NCBI GenBank assembly: GCA_010356995.1
Contig: ML996689.1
Coordinates: 1,568,691-1,632,690 of the forward strand
Direction: 5' to 3'
Length of the DNA: 64,000 bases
Source of the DNA: Trichodelitschia bisporula
Taxonomy: Eukaryota
Part shown: piece by piece, positions 47,276-59,882 of the stretch
How positions within the stretch are numbered: the stretch's first letter is position 1
How the letters are laid out: every line of letters begins with the position of its first letter
Translations under genes and position numbers: made by a program
The notes under the pieces: generated by a model
What the model saw: the letters and a program-made list of their open reading frames with translations, nothing else
The model's database searches: none
Told to the model about the DNA's origin: nothing

Positions 47276-49102
47276 GGCTTTCGTGAAGGGCCAAATGTTC
47301 AGTATCTGCTAAAGAAGATGAGCCTGTGAAGGAGTAATAAGGGGGCGGAGAGAATTAACAAATGACCGCGGTATGATATGGAAGTGGGGGGGGAGGGCGG
47401 CAGGGGATTTGGTGGACAGCAAAAAATTCCAGGATCTGGGGAGGTATTCTTCAGGATGGTTGGTTGCGAACTGTAGGAGAAGGTAGAGGGAGAGTGTGGA
47501 GAAGGGGGAGCAATATTTGATCAGGCTGCCCGTGAACAGTTCGCCAAGCAGAGCCACCACACAATGAGCAGATGAGGAAGGTAGTGGTGCCAAGCAGTAT
47601 ACACAAACTGGCAGATTCCGGAGTTCATACTATTATATCCATTGGCGTGAAACAAACGGGATGGTCTTGAGCTTTGCGTCAAACACAGTTTGGCCGCGTG
47701 GGCAAACGGACAAAGATCTGAACGGGCTTATGCATTCGGTCTTAATGCTGGCGCAGAGCAGACTATGCATTGTTCTTAAGATGGTTTGGCCAAAAAATAT
47801 TGACTGTCGAATGCATGCCGTTGCGGGACATGTCCGATTTGAAGGGGCCTGTGGAATCCGATGTTGGCTTTTTCGCCCACAGAGTATGTCGTCGCCCACC
47901 CCTTCAGTGAGCTGCGTCCCCTAGTACAGATCAGCATTGTGTCCGATTATGTAGAGCTGCGGGAGAAAGTGCCTTAAAAGCTCCCAAACCAAATATTTTG
48001 TGCGGTTGGGACATTTCATTGTCCGCCATGACTCTGGGGGCTCAACGCAATGAGACACCAGTACGAGTATCTGTGCCATAATCCTCTATGTCCTTCTCTT
48101 CACCCTTGGACATGATGGCTAAGTATTTGCCTTGGTATTAGTTACCACAAGCTGAGCCTTCGTCAGCGACCACAGACTAAAGGATGCCGGATTTTTCAAC
48201 TCTATGGGAGTCGGACATAGCTCGAGGGTGATTCAAGGCAGAATCGAGGTGGTTGAGCCTAGCGTTTGTGCCATCTATTGCCACCTCGGGTAAAAGACCA
48301 ATATCAGATAATAACCCACGAAGACGTTCCATGTCGGCGAGGCTACCATAGTAGTACATGGTAGGAGGAGCAGTGGGGAGGTGAGATGGGAAGTCAGTGA
48401 TTTGACATGAAGTCAGGGAACCCCAGACGAGATGAGCTTAACGTGTGGCGCAGGCAGTATGTCCCTGGCTGTGCTGCGGGGCAGCTGTGGCGGTGTACCA
48501 CAGGCCTTGTCGTAGGTGGGCATCACAGGCTTTCTAGAACCAGAGACAAAGCTTCAAATGGGAAGTTACTACAGTAGAGCCATGTCTGAAAATCTCCATC
48601 TTCCCTACCCAACCATCTCGTTCAGGTTTATCTCCATCAGCTTACGCCTTGCCTGCCGGGGTACGAGTAAAGCAGCTGTGCAGGACTGCACTGTACCCCT
48701 CTCTGCTCCGCTCCACCCATGAACCAACGCCAGTCAAGCTCAGCCGCATTTCGAGGCTGACTTCCCCCCCCCCTCAAGTGCAGGTGCAGTCAAACACTCA
48801 TAGCTGTTCCCCTCCCCCGCCCCTCCCTGGTCGATTCTCGCGTGAACAAGGCCCCCTTCTGCCTTTACCTCTCAACAAGCCCGCATCTTGCAAATACTTC
48901 ATAAACCCTCTGCTAGCCCGCACGAGGTATCCTAGCGCCGTTACCTTTTAGTCTCCCCCAGTTCAGTTGCCCCTCGTTGGCGCCAGCGCTTGGATTACCC
49001 CTCCAACTCCGCGCGACGACGTACAACAGCACCCGAACCGCAAACCTCACCTCAAGAGCATTCCTTCGTGAGAACTTTTTTCGCGTCCTTCAAAGCCTCA
49101 AA

Positions 49103-50567
<1,465 letters not shown>

Positions 50568-51323
50568 GCGGAGCGATAAGCTATCACGAAGCGGAGAGTT
50601 GGGGGAATGGTAAGGAATGCAGGTTCTTTCCTTTTGGGCTCCTCCTAGGTTCTGATGCTTATTTTTTGATTGCGATACCTACCGATATCCCCGAGGCTTG
50701 CGCTCAACGACGTGATTGTGGGGTGCCAGGCTCTGGTTTCTTTTGAATCCTACATAGCTAGTAGCTGATGCGTACAAAATGCAATCCATTCGCAACGCGT
50801 TCGTGAGTGAGGTGGTTCAGAGAGCGTGAGCGCCCAAGCTTGTGACGTATGTGCTGTTAAGAAAGTGGTTTTGAGCGAGCTCGAGCAATCTTGACCATTT
50901 CTTCGCAACAACTTTTCCAGCGAACCCCCAAGGGCCTCTTGAAAAATTCGCGGCCGTCCGATCCGGACACCGTTGCTGTCGGAGGGGGCCACAACTTTTC
51001 GTGCCGTCTTTAGCGTTGTCGTGTTCCTCACGTGTCTTCATCGATGCCACGTACTCGGATCGGAACAACAGTTATTCCGAATCATGAGGTAACAACTTGC
51101 GTTGTACCGTACGGAGGACTTGCCGCGACGCGCAGACGCCAACTGCCAAGCTCAGATCGTCGCCCAAACACCTGCACCTCAAGGTAGCTGGCCAGAGCCT
51201 CATACTCCAATCCATTCTGCATACCACGCAACCAACATAGCCTCCCTCCATACCCTTTTATCAGTGAGTTTTCGAAACAGCCTCTTCTGAGAGGAACATC
51301 TATTTCGTTTGCGCGTCTGCACC

Positions 51324-54120
51324 ATGGCGGACTCGAAGCGCAAAGCGTCCGTTCTGGGCGACTCCGACCATCGTACTGGGAAACGCCAGAAGCTGTCGGT
51401 ATGTCAATTATGCGTTGCTCTTCGATGCATATGAAAGGGGTTCAACTGGAGGCGCGCTCACACGCGTCGTGATACAACGGGCAGCGGGTCTATCTTGTCG
51501 AACGCGCGCGCATTGGGAATGGGCCTGCACCCGACCAGCACCCCTCTCATCACCTCCGCGCCCTCCGCATCGCACAACCGACCTTTCTAGGTGCTTTTCG
51601 CACCACAATCATTCATTGACTTTGGGAATCGAAGCTAATGTACCCCGCTATCCAGGCCATGCCTTCGAAGGAGACCCCGGAATCGACGACGGAGTTGGGG
51701 TTGAAGTTCATCGAAAACATCCGCAACACGAAGGACAAGACGTACGTTTACCACTGTAGCGTTGGCCGGCTTGAATGGCCCGCAGTACACTTCGAATTTG
51801 GGACAGATTGCTGATAATGCGCAGTGGTCGTCTGATCGCAACGCTCTTCCTCACGCTCCCAGATCCTGTGAGTCGCCTTGCAGCCTTGCTGGATTTGTAC
51901 TCACCCACCATAGGAGAAGCATCCGGGCTACTATGAGGAAATCAAGCTGCCCATCGCGCTAGACACTATGGAGGTTAGTGCATACACACTTCAGCATTGG
52001 AGGTTACGCATCTGCTCTCCTTAGCCACTCTATCACGATGGCTTCGAGAGATTGACCTTTCGGACTTGTAACTCACATATTCTTGTAGGCGAAGCTCCGT
52101 GCTGGCGAGTACCTGACCATCACGGCTCTGGAGAGCGATCTCAAGCGCATGGTTGCGAACGCTAAAAACTTCAACGACAAGCGCTCGGATCTGTACCAGG
52201 ACGCTGAGCGAGTTCGCAAGACTGCCTCCAACTGGATGACTAGACACAACCCAGCTTATCTCGATCCGACGTATGTCGCAGTTGCGACGCCCCTCCCGGA
52301 TGTGCCGCAGGGCCCGCCGAAGATCGCCGTAGCGCCGAAAAAGGTTCCCAAGGCTAAAGAAAACAGTCCTGTGCGTAATGCTGCTGAAACTTCCGTACTC
52401 GAAAATCAGCAGACCGAAGAGTCAGCTGGTGCTGGAGCGGCTGTTGAAGCTGATGATGTTGCTGATATTGAAGCTGATGCAAACGGCCATGGGTCTGACG
52501 AGGATGCTCAAGGCGATGATGATCTGGCGCAGGAGCCATCTCGGGAGCAGTCGACGCAGGGCCAGAACAACGGCCACACTGATTCTGAGGTCCCCACTAG
52601 TGCGGAGGTTAATGAGACGTCGCAGAACACTGTTTCTTTCGCTGGGATGACCTTCCAGCAGGCACAAGATGCGCTGCTGGAAGCCTTGCTTCATTACAAG
52701 GACGATGAGTATGATTTCCCCCCTCTACCTATTCCAGGCACACGCCCTAATCTTGTGCGCAGAGGATATGAAATTTTCGGCCCTTTTGCCAATTACCCCC
52801 CTAGATCCCTGCGTGACTACTATGAGGTTATCAAGTATCCTGTCTCCCTCAAGGGAATCTTGAAGAAGATACGCGGGATCCAGGGGCGGAAGGAATCGAC
52901 TGGGATCACTTGCTTCAAGACCTGGGACGAACTCTACGCGGAGGTCAGCTTCATCTGGAGCAATGCTCGGGAGTACAACGAGGATGGGAGTCCTCTCTTT
53001 GAGCTGGCAGGTGAATTCGAGGTATGGAAGCTCCATGGACACAAGTAGAGTCCTTTCTCACACTGCGCAGACCGTCTTCCTGAGACTTCTCAAAGAAGCC
53101 AAAAAGCACGCCCCGGGGCCGCCCCAGCCGAGCTTGAAGCTGAAGGTCTCTGCGCCTAAGCCACAGGCCCCGCCGCCCAAGCAGTCCCTCAAGATCAAGC
53201 TCGGAGGCGCCGTCACTGAACGCTCCTCCTCCGCGACGCCTGTCCGGGATACCACTACGCCGGGCGTCATTGTCCACAGTGAAGCGCTGTCTCGGCAGCA
53301 GCAGATGGTTGCCGCCGGCATGAGCGGTCGCGTTCCGTCTGGAATGCGTAACTCGCCGTCTGTCCCGACTCTGCAGCCCCGGGTGAGTAGCGGTCGCAGT
53401 GTCTCGGCAGCACCCCTCCCAGCGCAGACCAACGGAGTCAAGAAAGAGGCCGCCCCCATCGCGTCCCCTAGCCTCCAGGACACTACGCCCATGACGGGTA
53501 TTGTGCTCAACCCTACTCGCATGGTCATGCCGGGCACGGCTCCTGCGCACAACACTAGCCCCATGGTCACGTCGCTCCCGTCGCACCCGTCGCACCCTGT
53601 GCAGCCTCCTCAACCGCAAAATCAGAACGATGTCCTTGGACAGCCGAAGTGGCGTGATGTAATTGAGGGTAAGTTGCTCTTCCGATATGATAATCGCCCT
53701 GTTTTGCTTACAGTTACAGGCGAACCGGAGTACGTGATGCCTGACGTGACCGTCACCACGCATCCGAGCCTCAACCTCTCCAAGCCGTCCACGTGGGTCG
53801 TCAAAGCTAGCGCTTCTTACACGCATCAAAGTGAGGGCACCCACTTTCCTGCCGCGTGGAACTTTGTCCAGATTGTCCCGCGCATCCCAGCGGCTGCGAC
53901 AGATCGGTCCTACCGCATGTGGATGTTCGTTAACGGGCACCGCGTGATGGAGTCGGCTCAGCCGGGTGTGCGTGACAAGACGCGTCCGCTGTTCGACGTG
54001 CACCTTGAGCGCGGTTTCACGAACCGTATCGAGATTGAGGCGGTGGCGCAGAGCGCCCATGGTGATAACAAGGTCAACCAGGAGAAGTTCCTTCTCTTCA
54101 TCTACGTGGCCCCCTTCTAG
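51324..54120 (+). CDS. Tandem bromodomain chromatin-remodelling protein (Rsc4/polybromo-like)
   Basis: Two bromodomains: YYEEIKLPIAL..DLKRMVANAKNFN and DYYEVIKYPVSL..IWSNAREYNEDGS; LKLKV/LKIKL motifs; multiple introns; ATG 51324. Confidence 0.85.
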
Positions 54121-54732
54121 TCTCCACGATAGTTGAGTCCCTGGTTTTTGCGTCGGTCTTCCTACTTGATTGTCGCGAGGCGTTTGGGACTTCCATGGGT
54201 GTGGGCTGGGCTGGGCGTTTAGGCGGAGACTGGAACGGGATGGATGGGACCGGTGGTTTTGTCCTTTGCTCTGGTGTTCGATAGTCGCTGGCCTGGGTGT
54301 TATCTACTCTAACGCTAACAAACTCGACTGAGAGTGGCCGTCTCTGAGGCGTGCTGCAATCACGGGTGGTTAGTTCGAATGCAACGTACTGTGTGTTATT
54401 CTTGCAACTGACGTGACGGCTCTTCAGCATTGTGCTCTTTTGATTATCATGACGGATTGACGCAGCCTTATCTCGGATCGCGATCCGGACCCCCCTGCCG
54501 ACCAATCACCACCCCGGTGTCGAGCATTCCCTAAAAGGGTAGTGCGCCCAACGTCAACCTGATGCTGCCAGTTGGCGCCTCATTGATGTCATCGCAGCGC
54601 GGCGCGTTGTGGTATAAACGCGAGACGTCCTGTAGCTCATTCGATAATTGTGACGCGATTAAAGACACGGTTAAACACAATTCCTCGAATTGAATTGAGT
54701 TTATCAAGCTTTCCTCCGAATAAGTGATTGGG

Positions 54733-55062
54733 ATGGCCCAGACCCTCCGCACCCTCCCACGGCTCCTCCACCCCGCAGCTCCAACCCGCTTGCCATGCGC
54801 GCCGCTACGTACCTTTGCTGTCGCTCCGCGCCGCGGATTTGCGCCCGCGGTGCGTAGCGCGACGATTCCCCCTCCGCCGGAGGAGAGTCCCACGAAGGAG
54901 GACAGGGCGGACGAAATGAGTGGGCCTAGTGGGGGTGTCAGCGGAGAGGGAAGCGGGAGTGGGAAGAGCGGGAAAGAAAGCGGGAGTGGGAAGGGGGGTG
55001 GGAAGGGTAGTGCGGACAGCGAGAGTGGGAGCGCAGACAGCGGTGCTAAGAAAACCGTTTAG
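54733..55062 (+). CDS. Small hypothetical protein with mitochondrial-presequence-like N-terminus and Gly/Ser/Lys-rich tail
   Basis: MAQTLRTLPRLLHP..RGFAPAVRS has no acidic residues; same C-to-G gradient as the confident genes. Confidence 0.45.
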   Translation: MAQTLRTLPRLLHPAAPTRLPCAPLRTFAVAPRRGFAPAVRSATIPPPPEESPTKEDRADEMSGPSGGVSGEGSGSGKSGKESGSGKGGGKGSADSESGSADSGAKKTV

Positions 55063-55442
55063 CGGAGGTCCGTTCAGCTCTAAATTGTTTCTGCTGCTTG
55101 GGATGGGCACGCGGTTCTGACGAAAGCCAAGAGATCTGGCTTTGCTTCAGCTTATTTCACGACTTGAACGGTTATATGGAAGTCATATTGGTTCATGCTA
55201 CGGGGAGCCTGGAAGGGCTTTGGGTGGAGTTGAAGAGGTTGTCAGCGCCGCTCAGGCCGGTGGTGCACCGTCAAAAGGCAATGGCGATGAAGGCTCTTCG
55301 GTCATAATGGGCTGGGCTGGCGGATTGGATTTCAAACATCCGCGAGCCACTTCTCAAACACATAACTCGCCCGCACGCTCACTCCATTTCCAATCCTGTC
55401 ATTTTCAAACATGTCATTATCAAACATCTGCATCAGCCTATC

Positions 55443-56042
55443 TCATTCGAACATATCATTCAATTGTTCTATGGTGGTGTGAACGGTAGAGGGCGTTCTG
55501 TAATGCTTACGGCGAGTGTCTATAGAGATGATGTTCTCCGTATTTTCAATATCGCCGCCGTATGGTGTGGTTTCTGCCATCGGTTCTGACGATCTCACCA
55601 AGCTCGAACTCGAAGTTCTCCGAGGCCTTGGCGTAGTCCCAAAACAGGAACTCTGCGATGTTGCCCGCGCGCAGCTTGTGGGAGTTGTCGTACTAGGGGT
55701 TATGGTGCTTGCGTGGCTCGACAGGCTCCGGTGATACGCCGACATGTCGCGAGGCGAACCCGGGTTAAAGTAGTGCACATCCTCTGGGATCAACCTGCGG
55801 TACGCGGGCTCCCGGTCCGTGGCGTCTTGAGCGACAGGAGCAGCTGGCAGAGTGGCGGGAATAACCAGCGTTGCGACTGGGGCAACCGTCGTGGCGACAA
55901 TGGATGTACTCGCTTGAGCGGCAGCGGCGGACGAAAACGTCTGATGGGTCGTTGGGCAATTGCGTAAATTTTGGGAGCTTCTTGTGAAGGGGAGTGGGCC
56001 TGATCTGCCCGCACTCGCGCGGCGAACGCTAGAGTGCTACAT
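55443..56042 (-). pseudogene. Interrupted hypothetical gene: ATG immediately followed by TAG, then ~197 open codons
   Basis: accATG-TAG-CAC-TCT at 56042 is in frame with ORF 55793-55443; the 3' part looks more protein-like in another frame (HKLRAGNIAEFLFWDY). Confidence 0.35.
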
Positions 56043-56463
56043 GGTCGCTTCCGTTTCAATCCGCTCTCAACCAGTATCCCCGTTAGACGTGGTAGATTTT
56101 TATGACCCCTCCGGCCTAGATCGCAAGCCGGCGGGCGGGCCAAGCAAGATATACGAGGTCAAAGTATAGATGGGGAACCGATGTTCTGTATGAAGTCCCT
56201 CCATCCACGGTGTATAGCATTTGGAATTGGCGTGAAGCGGAGAAGGATACGTCTTAGCTGAAGCAGGCGTATCGTCATATTTTTCCAGCCTGGGCATATA
56301 CAGTCGTTCGGTGCTTCGCCAACCGCGACCGCAATGGCACTTGCCTGTCCCGATGGCATCGCCCGGTGCATGTAGTTGTTCCAGTTGAAGGACTATAGGG
56401 TCGGTCACTCCGTCGAATGAACCCCTTTGAGGGCTGATGGGACCGCAGGCGGCGGTTCCAGGT

Positions 56464-56784
56464 CTAGAACTAGCGGCTATTAGCACATCTTTTACGTCAT
56501 TGCTTGTTAGGGTGACTTACGGGGAACTCCTCTTGCTGGTACTCCTGGGTCTCTTCGCTAGCCGCAGCAGTAGCGTCCTCGGCGGCGAGCTTCTCCTCCG
56601 CCATCTCAGCTATGGCCTGCTGGGCGGCGCGCCGAGCCGCTGCAGCAGCGTCCTCGATGGCGAGGATTTCTTCGTCCATGTCCTCGAGCCCCTGTCGGAC
56701 GGCGCGTCGAGCCGCGGCGTTGCGGTTGGCGGGAAGACGACGAACGATTCCTATAGTGTCGATGTCTGAAGTTTTTGGGCCCAT
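56464..56784 (-). CDS. Small Ala/Glu-rich helical (coiled-coil-like) orphan protein, 2 exons
   Basis: ATG 56784; TATATA ~70 bp upstream; 51-nt GTAAGT..gctaat..TAG intron 56520-56470; degenerate duplicate at 57283-57480. Confidence 0.5.
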
Positions 56785-57282
56785 CTCGCCGGTGGTTGTG
56801 ATATACTTGATCGGCTAGCTTGCTCGGTCGCAGGGGGGATCTGGAGCCGTATATATGTGGCATATGAGCTGACGCTCAGCCGTATCTGAGGGCCCATCGG
56901 TGGATTATACGTGATGCTTGACTGGAGCGGCGGCGGTGGACTTGACTATAGCGGGCGGCGACAGAGATATAGGCTCCCAGCCGTTAAATTTGATGTACTG
57001 GTAAAAGCTGTCAAAGGTTTCGCCGCCAGAATACTGTATATCGCCAGCCTTCTCCTTAGCAGCCGGAGGCTCGTGCGTGGCATAGTGCCAGCGTGCACCA
57101 AGCGGCCAACCCGCTCGGCTTCACGGCTAGTGATACTTAGCATATTTCCTGCGTTGTAATCAGATACAATGACCTATAGCAAAATGCGTCATCCCCGAAA
57201 GGGGATATATATTCCGGCGGCTTTGTGGGAGATATCCGGATGAATATAGACCGCGGAAGAACAAGATGATGAGTATGAACGG

Positions 57283-57495
57283 CTAGCGGCTGTTAGCACA
57301 CCTCCTTCATCGTCGTTCGTTATGGTGACTTACCGGCAGCGTGTCTTGCTCGTAGCCCTGAGCGTCCTCCGTAGCCATAGTGGCGGTGATCTCGTCGATA
57401 GCGCGAATTTATTCGTCTATATTATCGAGCCCCTTCTTAACGCATTCTAACTCTCTCTGCGACGAATACTTACGAGTCTTCAACTCTAAGAGCAA
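57283..57495 (-). pseudogene. Degenerate tandem duplicate of the 56464-56784 gene
   Basis: Homologous 51-nt intron 57333-57283; GLDNIDE*IRAIDE aligns with GLEDMDEEILAIED; TAA at 57411-57409; no in-frame ATG upstream of the TAA. Confidence 0.65.
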
Positions 57496-58630
57496 TTATA
57501 TAATTCGTGGCTTATATTATGCGCACGAAACGCTTCTGAAAATCGAAGAATCAGACTTGATGCACCTTCGTACACTGCTCGCACACCGGAATATTCCCAT
57601 AGGTTGATACTGCGGTCGAGGTGGTACTTTGAGTGATAATGTTGAGTGGTCGTGGTTTCTGGAGAAAAGCAATTCTGCCATTGTGGAGGAGCATAATTCC
57701 GACCTTCTCCGTGACTCAGCCCTACAGCCCTCCTCATTCCTTAATCGGGCAAGGCGCTGATCCTGGGCATTGACCGTACGGTAGACTCGGAATATCTTTC
57801 CCCCGCTCCGGCGCGATTCACCTCGCGACTGAACTTTTTTCGCTGCTTTCTCCCCTCCAACCCGTACCCCTTCAACACTGGAATCCAGCACCGCTCTGTA
57901 AGTTTCACCTTCTCCTTTCCCGCGGCTTCAATGATGAGGCATTACCCTTCAATCTTATAGGAAGAGCCGGAAAAGGTATGGCTGCATCGTCAAATGCGTG
58001 CCGTCGCTGCTTATAAAACGGGTCTCTGATATGCGCCACTTCGTGTTATATCTTGTTTACTCTAGTGGACATTTCGCTAATCGAGTACAGGTTAAGATGT
58101 GCTGGGCCGGGTGTGTAGGCTTAGAGTAGGTGGCGGACAGAGCTGGAAGACAGCTGGAGGGCGGCTATGAGCACGGAGCAGTATGCCGCGGAGGCTGGTG
58201 GGAGGTTGTTAGGATCGGGTTAATCGACACAATATCAATGCAACGACAGTTCTTTACCACGAAGGGGCGCAAGCTCGACCTCTTGAGCTACCCAGGCCCT
58301 CGACATGGGCGATAGTCGTCACTGGGGAAAGGCTTGTGAGCTTGGGGCGCGTGGCTAATATGGAACTTCATACATGAGAGGCAATGCATGTCAGACATGA
58401 CACCATGACCAAGTTCAAGACAGTAATATTCAACTCAATACCAGCAAGTTCGTTTTCATCATCCTACTGCGACGACATCAGGTCACCCTTCCATCCAAAC
58501 TGGGCTGATGGATAGCATGGAATAGCGACCGATGAAATAGAAGCAATACAAGCCTGGCAATCTCTCAACAAACACTAGACCTAGACTCCATCCCCACGAT
58601 CAGCACCCATAAACACCCACAGTCTCCTCA

Positions 58631-59592
58631 TTACCGCTTTTGCTTTTTGGCTTTCCAACTAACAACATCACTACTGTTTGACCTCTCCCTACGCTTGAGG
58701 CGGCGATAAGCTTGGAAGGCATTGGTATCTTCTGTCACATTAGGTTCTCGCAGTCATTGCAGAGGGTCTAGGAGCGGGACGTACTTGGTGACGAGTCCTT
58801 ATCCTTCGACTTCTCGTTCTTCGACTGCTTATCCACCGACTGTTTATCCGCCGGCTCCTTATTCCCCGGCTCCGCCTCTTCAGAGCCAGCGGGCGATTTC
58901 TCCCAGGGCATGTCGAGAACGAGTAAGGGGTTCCGCTGCAGTTGTGTAGTGGGATCGTCATGAGTCGGGTACTTTGGTTTTGCCTTCGGTAGCTCCTGTG
59001 CACGATCAGTCATATAGGAAAACGGATTCGCCCTTGGCGTCGGGCTGGGCTTAACAACGTTGGTGTCCCGGCGGGTTGCAGCTCCCTCCACCCATGCTCC
59101 CAGGGCCGAGCCCGTGACAACTGGAGCGGTCTGTGGATGTAAAGCTGCCCGTAAAGTCTTTCCGGTCGCATGCCAGGGACAAAGCGCCGCTTCTGGCGCG
59201 CCGAGCAGATACAGAATGTTGGCTCCCCGGTCGCTGATCTCAGACCCATGGAACTATGTGACCATTAGCCATGCTTGGTTTTCAGAGCGGTGTGTGGGCC
59301 ACAATAATCTGTCTTTCCATACTTTTCGGAAGGCAGGGAGCAGTTCGTCGTCGTTCCATTAACCAGAAATGACGAAAGCTAGCTGTACTCGGAACCATTG
59401 GGGGACGTTGAACTTTTGCTCAGCGCCAACATGGCGTATGTGTTTATGTTGGACATCGGAGAATGTTAAATTTTTGGTGCGCTAAAAGATGAGGCGCAGC
59501 TCTCTATCATTCGCCCGCGGTATCCCATTGCATGTGATGATGCATTGGTCTTCGTGATAAGTTCATGGACCTTCTTCGACTTTCTTCGACAT
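58631..59592 (-). pseudogene. Three-exon orphan gene with three in-frame stops in exon 1 (pseudogene or recoded gene)
   Basis: ATG 59592; TGA 59565, TAG 59484 and TAA 59361 in one frame; introns 59322-59254 and ~58783-58733 keep frame; basic C-terminus KAKKQKR. Confidence 0.5.
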
Positions 59593-59882
59593 GGCTAGGA
59601 ATCTTGGAGAAAGTGGGATGAGGGGGAATATAGATTAGACAGAGTAATTCGATGTGCAGTTATTGGATAGTACGGATTTGGTGAGAAGACAAGTCTGTGA
59701 TAAACATTGAGCAAGATCACAGCGAGGGGGCAGACCAAACAATACCTTCCATTGCCTTCCCTACCACCATACACCTTACTCTGGCTCATAGAAGTAACTA
59801 ACTAACAAGACCTGCACCGCCAACCTCTCAGTTGCGATCCTAGCGCAATAGAACTCAACCTCTATAAAAGCTCCTCACCCCC

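Noticed and set aside
52951..54060. Long antisense ORFs (369 aa here; also 36155-37063, 11674-12375 and 5347-6354 in an alternative frame)
   Set aside because: Expected shadows of GC-rich coding sequence that overlap well-supported genes; no motifs
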